Part shown: piece after piece, positions 28,189 through 34,537 of the stretch | Layout: each line of letters opens with the position of its first letter | How positions within the stretch are numbered: position 1 is the first letter of the stretch | Assembly: GCA_964594555.1 (NCBI GenBank) | Contig: CAZQMT010000005.1 | Location: forward strand, 1 to 34,537 | Source: an uncultured Vicinamibacterales bacterium | Lineage (GTDB): Bacteria > Acidobacteriota > Vicinamibacteria > Vicinamibacterales > CAZQMT01 | Length of the DNA: 34,537 nt | Reading direction: 5' to 3' | Program-made: the position numbers and the translations under genes | The notes under the pieces: generated by a model | What the model was told of the DNA's origin: nothing | Seen by the model: only the letters and a program-made list of their open reading frames with translations | The model's database searches: none

Positions 28189-29691
28189 ATGAAGAATCCC
28201 AAACGAGTTCAGCCGTTCCAAGAGGCCAATTTACTTGAAACCGAGTTCAAGCGTGAATTGGGACTCTTCGACTCAACAATGGTCGTTGTAGGCTCGATGA
28301 TCGGTTCGGGTATCTTCTTGGTAACACCAGGCATGGCACAGCTAGTCGGAAATCCAGGCTGGCTACTCTTATCTTGGGTAATTACCGGGCTCCTAACAAT
28401 TACTGCTGCACTGTCCTACGGAGAACTCGCAGCAATGATGCCACGGGCCGGTGGACAGTACATCTACATTAGAGAGGCATTTTCCCCCCTACTTGGCTTC
28501 CTTTACGGCTGGACACTGTTTATGGTGATTCAGACCGGTCTCATCGCAGCGATTGCAATCGGATTCGCACGCTACTTCGGTGAACTCATCCCCTGGATCT
28601 CAGAGACCAACTACCTAATCCCACCGATACATATCTCAGGTGGGTATGCTCTTTCACTTTCGACCACGCAGCTCACAGGCATTGCAATGATTACTCTCCT
28701 GACGTGGACTAACATACATGGTCTCCACTACGGGAAGTTTATCCAGAACGTCTTCACGATAACTAAAACCATCGCACTCGGAAGCCTCATCGTCGTGGGG
28801 TTGACATTCGGGTGGATATTAGGAGGTGGCTCGTTAAACTTTACCGACCTCTGGACCCCAAGGGGTGAGATGGATATTGTTCCTGGTCTGTCGGCAGCAA
28901 CTGGTTACGGGTTGTTCGTTGCAATTTGCGTAGCCCAGGTTGGATCACTCTTCGCTTCAGACGCTTGGAACACCATCACGTTTACAGCTGGTGAGGTAAA
29001 AAATCCTCGACGTAACATCCCTCTCTCTCTACTCTTCGGCACTTCAATTGTTATCACTTTGTACATCTTGACGAACCTCGCTTACCTAGTAACACTACCC
29101 TTCGATCAAATTCAAAATGCTTCTTCGGATCGAGTTGCCAACGCAACCATCGAGGCCATCTTCCCAAATTTCGGCGTTATCTTTATGTCAATCGGGATAA
29201 TGATTTCAACGTTCGGATGTAATAACGGGATCATTCTATCTGGAGCACGCGCTTACTATGCCATGGCGAAGGATGGTCTCTTCTTTAAAGCCGCTGGAAA
29301 ACTCAATGCCGAAAAAGTTCCAGCCATGGGCCTTATACTTCAGGGCTGCTGGGCCACCTTTCTCATACTGCCACGAACTTTCGACTCAGTAACGGGGACC
29401 TACGGGAATCTCTATAGTAATCTTCTTGATTACATCGTCTCAGCCGCACTAATTTTCTATGTTCTGACCATAGCGGCCGTCTTTCGACTTCGACGAACAC
29501 AGCCAAACATCGAGCGTCCATATCAGACTTTTGGTTACCCAATCATTCCATTGTTTTACATAATCGGGGCCTCACTGCTCGTTAGTGTACTTTTTGCCTA
29601 TCGCGCCTCGACAACATGGCCAGGCCTGATCATAGTAATGCTTGGCATACCGGTATACATGTACTGGAGTCGCACACCGGAAAAGAACTAG
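28189..29691 (+). CDS. APC-superfamily amino acid permease (LAT-like)
   Basis: GSMIGSGIF, YGELAAMMPRAGGQY, GEVKNPRRNIP, ARAYYAMAKDGLFF, ERPYQTFGYP; about 12 TM segments. The track's TTG 28156 coincides with the -35 element. Confidence 0.95.
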   Translation: MKNPKRVQPFQEANLLETEFKRELGLFDSTMVVVGSMIGSGIFLVTPGMAQLVGNPGWLLLSWVITGLLTITAALSYGELAAMMPRAGGQYIYIREAFSPLLGFLYGWTLFMVIQTGLIAAIAIGFARYFGELIPWISETNYLIPPIHISGGYALSLSTTQLTGIAMITLLTWTNIHGLHYGKFIQNVFTITKTIALGSLIVVGLTFGWILGGGSLNFTDLWTPRGEMDIVPGLSAATGYGLFVAICVAQVGSLFASDAWNTITFTAGEVKNPRRNIPLSLLFGTSIVITLYILTNLAYLVTLPFDQIQNASSDRVANATIEAIFPNFGVIFMSIGIMISTFGCNNGIILSGARAYYAMAKDGLFFKAAGKLNAEKVPAMGLILQGCWATFLILPRTFDSVTGTYGNLYSNLLDYIVSAALIFYVLTIAAVFRLRRTQPNIERPYQTFGYPIIPLFYIIGASLLVSVLFAYRASTTWPGLIIVMLGIPVYMYWSRTPEKN

Positions 29692-29707
29692 CCTGTACAG
29701 ACTTCAA

Positions 29708-29716
29708 TGTTAAACT
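29708..29716 (+). promoter_or_regulatory. Possible extended -10 promoter for the PLP enzyme
   Basis: TG-t-TAAACT, ending 15 nt upstream of ATG 29732. Confidence 0.35.
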
Positions 29717-29731
29717 CCAGGCGGTGATTTA

Positions 29732-30691
29732 ATGCTTCCATTGACAACCCTTGAAGATATTCAAAGAGTGCGCGCGTCACTACCGGCATCCATCCGTCGA
29801 ACACCACTTCTGCGGCTCGCTCGTGAGGCTTCAGAGGTCGGCAAAGAGAAACTTCAACTCAAAGCCGAATGCCTGCAGATTACAGGCGCCTATAAGCCTC
29901 GGGCAGCGTTCGCAGTCATCAACGCATTATCTCAAGAATCGCTTTCTAAGGGCCTCGTTTTGACCTCATCAGGTAACTTCGCCCAAGCATTCGCTTATGC
30001 GGGATCTTACGGCCGAATACCCATCGTGGTAGTAATGCTTGACACTACTAATCCATATAAGGCCGACATGGCAAGAAACTTCGGCGCCGAAGTCGTCTTC
30101 TGCGGAACAGATGCACTTAGTCGTCAAGCTACCGTCGAACGTATCGCAAGTGATCGAGGGATGACCGCCATTGACACATGGGAGGCCCAACCCATAGTCG
30201 CCGGCCACGGGTCCCTCGGCCTAGAAATTCTTGAAGATGAAAAAGAAATCCAAACGGTGTTAGTGCCAGTAAGTAGCGGCGGTGGTGCTGCCGGTGTCGC
30301 TGCAGCTATTAAACAAAGTCGTCCTTCAGTGCGCGTAATTGGAGTCCAGCCCGAACGTGCCAACGCCGCTTACGTGTCACTCAAACAAGGTGAACCTACG
30401 GCGATCGACTATTGGGAAACCATCGCTGATGGTCTCTCGGCCGTTAGGCCTGGAGAATATCCTTTCCGTCACCTCAAGAAATATTTAGACGAGATCGTAC
30501 TGGTTACCGAATCTGAGATTCTTGAAGCTGTGCGTACCATAATATTTCGCGCTAAGGTCATCGCTGAACCAGCCGGTGCCACTGCCACCGCCGCCTTTCT
30601 TGCGGGAAAAGTCGATACCAGCCGACGTACGGTAGCAATCGTTACAGGAGGAAATATCACTCAGGCAGTACTGGCGAAGGCCTTATCTTAG
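29732..30691 (+). CDS. Fold-type II PLP enzyme, serine/threonine dehydratase-serine racemase family, no regulatory domain
   Basis: RTPLL, LKAECLQITGAYKPR (PLP Lys), SSGN, TIADGL, EPAGA, TGGN. Confidence 0.88.
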   Translation: MLPLTTLEDIQRVRASLPASIRRTPLLRLAREASEVGKEKLQLKAECLQITGAYKPRAAFAVINALSQESLSKGLVLTSSGNFAQAFAYAGSYGRIPIVVVMLDTTNPYKADMARNFGAEVVFCGTDALSRQATVERIASDRGMTAIDTWEAQPIVAGHGSLGLEILEDEKEIQTVLVPVSSGGGAAGVAAAIKQSRPSVRVIGVQPERANAAYVSLKQGEPTAIDYWETIADGLSAVRPGEYPFRHLKKYLDEIVLVTESEILEAVRTIIFRAKVIAEPAGATATAAFLAGKVDTSRRTVAIVTGGNITQAVLAKALS

Positions 30692-31595
30692 TCATCTCTA
30701 CAGCCCGGATGATGATCGCTGTGGCTTTGGGAGTGAGATGAAAGGGAGTGAGCTCAGATGGCTTCGCAAGCACCACATCGTCAACGTCTGACGCTGCCTT
30801 CAATCTACCACCGATAGGACGACACAAGTAATCGACAAGAACAAAGTGGTAGCGAATTCTCTTAAACTCGTCAAGCAGAATACGGTCGAAGACCTCAATC
30901 ACAGGACCAACCTGAACTTCAAGACCCGTTTCCTCAAGAATCTCGCGCGCAACGCCAGCTTCGAGTGTTTCACCAACTTCGAGCGAACCGCCGGGTAGAC
31001 TCCACTGCCCAGCTAATGGCTCAAACCGACGTTTAACTAAAACGACACTGTCCTCGACAAACACTACAGCGCCCACACCTACAATAGGCCTCTCAGGATA
31101 TTGACGCGTGGACGTTATTTCACCATGAAGAATCTGCTCATTATTATCAGCGCTAATCCTATGAGCTACCGTTCGCTGACGCCTAATGAGACCATCCTCA
31201 ATAAAAAAGTGACTATAACCTGTGTATTCGACAAGCTCTGAGTCTGAACGTCTTCGCGAGCACAAGCGCCACTCGGCATGAACCCAGCCCATTTCAATCA
31301 GAGCAAGCGTACGAATTTCTAAGCGTCGTCCACCCTCGAAAGCACCGTCGTAACGATCGAAGAAACGAGTAAACATTAAACGTTCGACACTACAACCCGC
31401 CTTAAAATCATTACCCTCTTCACGCGGAGAACCTAACTGGTCAAAAGAAATTCCCTCTATTTGACAGTCAGGATGATAGGTTTCCATCACCGATTCAACA
31501 TCCGCGCTATTCAGCGCTAGGTAGTGATTCCGAACAACGTCTAAGGGGTCGATCAATTTTTTCTTACTAGACAAAAAATCCGCTCCCGACATCAC
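30657..31595 (-). CDS. SnoaL/NTF2-like domain fused to a Nudix hydrolase
   Basis: N-terminal VVRNHYLALNSADVESVMETYHPD...FFIEDGLIRRQR; C-terminal YPERPIVGVGAVV and Nudix box GGSLEVGETLEAGVAREILEETGL. Confidence 0.85.
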   Translation of the reverse strand: MMSGADFLSSKKKLIDPLDVVRNHYLALNSADVESVMETYHPDCQIEGISFDQLGSPREEGNDFKAGCSVERLMFTRFFDRYDGAFEGGRRLEIRTLALIEMGWVHAEWRLCSRRRSDSELVEYTGYSHFFIEDGLIRRQRTVAHRISADNNEQILHGEITSTRQYPERPIVGVGAVVFVEDSVVLVKRRFEPLAGQWSLPGGSLEVGETLEAGVAREILEETGLEVQVGPVIEVFDRILLDEFKRIRYHFVLVDYLCRPIGGRLKAASDVDDVVLAKPSELTPFHLTPKATAIIIRAVEMTKIRPSPVLPE

Positions 31596-31674
31596 TTAGC
31601 TTCGCGAACGACGAAATAATTATGAGGTGTTAATCCGTGATCAATTTGCGGGCATTCGCGACAGCAATGTACCT

Positions 31675-32775
31675 TCAGATAGCGAGTGTAGCCTCAGCAT
31701 TCAGATCAAGGGAAGCAGACACTCCTTCTCGTAATCTTCGAAAACCAGCTGCAGCGATCATTGCGGCATTGTCCGTTGAAAGCTCAAGCGTTGGAAGATA
31801 GACCGGCAATCCAATTTCTCTACCACGAGAGAGCGCGTCAGCACGCAAGCGACTGTTGGCAGCTACGCCTCCAGAGATTCCAACGCTTTGGGCACTAAAT
31901 AATTTGGCTGCTTCAAAAGTCCGATCAAGTAATGCCTCAACCACAGCTTTTTGGAAGCTCGCACAAATATCTGAAATTTCAGAGTCTTGCAACACTTGAT
32001 TTTCTTCGTTGTGGGCCTTATGCCTCTCCATATAACGCCTTACTGACGTTTTAAGCCCAGAAAAACTGAAGTCTCGTCGCCCTTCGTAACCATCTTTCTC
32101 AAAACCAGGCACACTCAACATTGAGGGCCCCTTGTTCCTATCACGATGGGTCATTCTAGCTACCGGAAATAAAATCGCGTCGTCATTGCCCTCCCGAGCC
32201 CTTTGGTCAATAGCTGGACCACCTGGATAACTTAGTCCAAGTAACTTAGCTACTTTGTCATAGGCTTCACCAGCGGCATCATCACGAGTCCGCCCGATCA
32301 GCCTATAAATTCCAGGCTTCGGCACCAAGTACAAACTGGTATGTCCTCCAGATACTACGAGCACAACCGCGGGAAGCGGCAACGAACCATTGTGGAGGAA
32401 AAGTGATTCAATATGGCCCGCTAAGTGGTGAACAGGTACCAAGGGAACACCCAATGACGCTGCGAGCCCCTTACTAAATGCAACACCAACTAACAAAGAA
32501 CCAATAAGGCCAGGCCCCTGAGTAACAGCGATGGCACCAAGATCACTCCAATCAAGGTCCGCTTTACTTAGTGCCTGTTTCACGACCGGACAAATGTCCC
32601 GCACATGCTGCCTTGACGCTAATTCTGGTACAACCCCACCCCACTCGGCGTGCAACTTTACTTGGGACGAAACGATATTCGATCGAATACGCCAGAGTTT
32701 ACTTGTTCCACTTTCATCAGCCACAATCGCAGCTGCTGTTTCGTCACACGACGTCTCGATACCAAGAATATTCAT
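31675..32775 (-). CDS. tsaD: tRNA N6-adenosine threonylcarbamoyltransferase
   Basis: ILGIETSCDET, GGVVPELASRQH, HHLAGH, VSGGHT, TRDDAAGEAYDKVAK, FSFSGLKT, TDNAAMIA. Confidence 0.97.
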   Translation of the reverse strand: MNILGIETSCDETAAAIVADESGTSKLWRIRSNIVSSQVKLHAEWGGVVPELASRQHVRDICPVVKQALSKADLDWSDLGAIAVTQGPGLIGSLLVGVAFSKGLAASLGVPLVPVHHLAGHIESLFLHNGSLPLPAVVLVVSGGHTSLYLVPKPGIYRLIGRTRDDAAGEAYDKVAKLLGLSYPGGPAIDQRAREGNDDAILFPVARMTHRDRNKGPSMLSVPGFEKDGYEGRRDFSFSGLKTSVRRYMERHKAHNEENQVLQDSEISDICASFQKAVVEALLDRTFEAAKLFSAQSVGISGGVAANSRLRADALSRGREIGLPVYLPTLELSTDNAAMIAAAGFRRLREGVSASLDLNAEATLAI

Positions 32776-32825
32776 GAACTTTAGAGTTAATAAAACACAA
32801 AATGTGAAGAGGCCCCCGACGCAAC

Positions 32826-33863
32826 CTAACTCACCGACTGAAGACTGTCTTTATATGGTGCCCGCAAGATCCCAAGCTCGGTGATGATACCAGTGACGTA
32901 ATGATGAGGTGTTATGTCGAACGCAGGATTTCGTACCAGTGCACCCTCTGGCACTACACGGTTGGAGCCCAAATGCGTTACTTCTCGCTGATCGCGCTCC
33001 TCAATTTGAATATGGTCACCATCTGGAGTGGAGAAATCAATCGTTGAACGTGGGGCGGCCACGTAAAAGGGCAACCCATTTTCTTTCGCGAGTACGGCAA
33101 CCGTATAAGTTCCAATCTTGTTAGCAATATCACCATTCGCTGCTATACGATCGGCACCAACAATAACGATATCGACCTCACCGCTTTTCATCATAGCACC
33201 AGCCATATTGTCAGTTATGACCGTCGTCTGAATACGTTCACGTACAAGCTCCCACGCCGTAAGTCGCGATCCCTGAAGAAACGGGCGCGTCTCATCAGCA
33301 AATACTGTAACCCGTTTGCCATCACCCACTGCCGAACGAATCACACCCAGAGCTGAACCATAACCGGCTGTAGCCAATGCACCGGCGTTGCAGTGAGTTA
33401 AAATGTGAGCACCGTCAGGAACCACCTCTGCACCAAAAGCACCAAGTGTCCGACAATTTGAAACGTCCTCATCATGAATACGACGCGCTTCAGATTCAAG
33501 TTTAGTTTTGATTTCATCAGGAGATTGGCCAGCTTTTGCGGCCGTCGAAAAAACGGTTTTCATCCTCGCGATCGCCCAAAATAAATTAACTGCTGTAGGC
33601 CGGGTAGCAGCCATTAGATCACATGTCTTGTAGAACTCCGTAGCAAACGCATGCATGCCTTTCAGTTTACTTCGGTTTACACCCAACGCTATGCCCATCG
33701 CTGCTGCAACACCAATGGCCGGTGCACCTCGGATCACCATCTTCCGAATCGCACGAGCCACCTCGGAAGCCGTTCGGCAAGTAACATAGGTCTCCTTACG
33801 TGGCAACTTACGCTGATCGACCATAACAACAGCATCGTTGGACCAATCAATGGTTGGTAACAT
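32826..33863 (-). CDS. mtnA: S-methyl-5-thioribose-1-phosphate isomerase
   Basis: DQRKLP, IRGAPAIG, TRPTAVNL, THCNAGALATAGYG, ETRPFLQGSRLTAWEL, ANKIGTY, NPAFDITP. Confidence 0.96.
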   Translation of the reverse strand: MLPTIDWSNDAVVMVDQRKLPRKETYVTCRTASEVARAIRKMVIRGAPAIGVAAAMGIALGVNRSKLKGMHAFATEFYKTCDLMAATRPTAVNLFWAIARMKTVFSTAAKAGQSPDEIKTKLESEARRIHDEDVSNCRTLGAFGAEVVPDGAHILTHCNAGALATAGYGSALGVIRSAVGDGKRVTVFADETRPFLQGSRLTAWELVRERIQTTVITDNMAGAMMKSGEVDIVIVGADRIAANGDIANKIGTYTVAVLAKENGLPFYVAAPRSTIDFSTPDGDHIQIEERDQREVTHLGSNRVVPEGALVRNPAFDITPHHYVTGIITELGILRAPYKDSLQSVS

Positions 33864-33871
33864 CTCAGCTA

Positions 33872-33877
33872 ATAATA
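33872..33877 (-). promoter_or_regulatory. -10 element for a possible leaderless mtnA transcript
   Basis: TATTAT-N8-ATG on the minus strand, no SD. Confidence 0.4.
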
Positions 33878-34003
33878 CTCTGCGTTATATTTTCATCACC
33901 TGAATATCGTTCAGTAAATTCAAACCCATAACCACTGCATTTTCACCGTGCTCAACATTTAAATCGAAACCGATGCTCTTGAATTTTTAACAACATTCAC
34001 GTC

Positions 34004-34537
34004 TCAAAGTAAAACCGAAGCCAATGAGGCATTAATCATCGTTGAAAAAAATCCTGCTAACAAAGCCAACCAACTAAGTCGGGCAAGATCACCACGGCGT
34101 TCAGGTGCGATTCCACCAATGCCTCCCAGCTGAATACCTACTGAACCAAAATTTGCAAATCCCGTTAAAGCAAACGTCATTAAAATAAACGAGCGCTCAC
34201 TGAGCACCTCCTTGTACTCGGAGGTCAGCTTTAGATACGCAACAAACTCATTGGCGACAAGCTTGGTACCCAGTAGATCAGCCACCGCTGGAACCTCAGC
34301 AATGGGAACTCCTATAAGAAATGCGATCGGCGAAAAAACCAGGGAAAAAATATTTGACAACGAGAGGTCAGCATCAATCAACCCCAGTAAGTAATTAATC
34401 ATTTCAATAAAAGCTAGAAATGCAATCAGCATCGCCGCTACATTAATAACCAACCGCACTCCATCTGACGCACCTGAAGCAATAGCATCGATCGCATTCG
34501 TATGAGAGCGGTTGACATCAACGGTCGCCTTGCCTCC
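34004..34537 (-). CDS. nupC: CNT/NupC-family Na+/H+ nucleoside transporter, C-terminal part (5'-truncated)
   Basis: The frame is open to the window edge (GGKATVDVNRSHTNAIDAIASGASDG...); NEFVAY and FALTGFANFGSVGIQLGG motifs. Confidence 0.92.
   Translation of the reverse strand, partial: GGKATVDVNRSHTNAIDAIASGASDGVRLVINVAAMLIAFLAFIEMINYLLGLIDADLSLSNIFSLVFSPIAFLIGVPIAEVPAVADLLGTKLVANEFVAYLKLTSEYKEVLSERSFILMTFALTGFANFGSVGIQLGGIGGIAPERRGDLARLSWLALLAGFFSTMINASLASVLL

Noticed and set aside
1-34537. Mobile elements, defence systems, tRNA/rRNA, CRISPR
   Set aside because: No transposase, integrase, nuclease, reverse transcriptase, T-loop/CCA or repeat-spacer pattern was seen.

Overview
Gene-dense bacterial chromosomal window of about 29 CDSs, with a truncated CDS at each end and roughly 45-50% GC by eye. 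I found no rRNA, tRNA, CRISPR array, transposase, integrase or phage gene. Gene content (CRTAC1/ASPIC-UnbV + TPR, POTRA-less peptidase-propeller-Omp85 protein, TPR/double-retropepsin protease, YpdA, RRM protein ending RRREPRW) suggests Acidobacteriota, probably Vicinamibacteria-like; this is an inference, not a search result. Recognisable housekeeping genes are lipA, folE, tsaD, mtnA, ypdA and a nupC-type transporter. The most interesting items are: (1) a tightly coupled minus-strand cluster of GT-C glycosyltransferase, fused AccD-AccA carboxyltransferase, TPR protein, FG-GAP/ASPIC putative lipoprotein and secreted D-aminoacylase-like enzyme; (2) a structured ~250-nt segment between the aspartyl protease gene and lipA; (3) a gluzincin/beta-propeller/Omp85 fusion; (4) a fold-type II PLP enzyme with rewritten active-site motifs beside two amino-acid transporters; (5) a SnoaL-Nudix fusion; (6) repeated signatures of leaderless mRNAs; (7) a structured 5' leader on the RRM gene. 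All functional calls come from motif recognition by eye.
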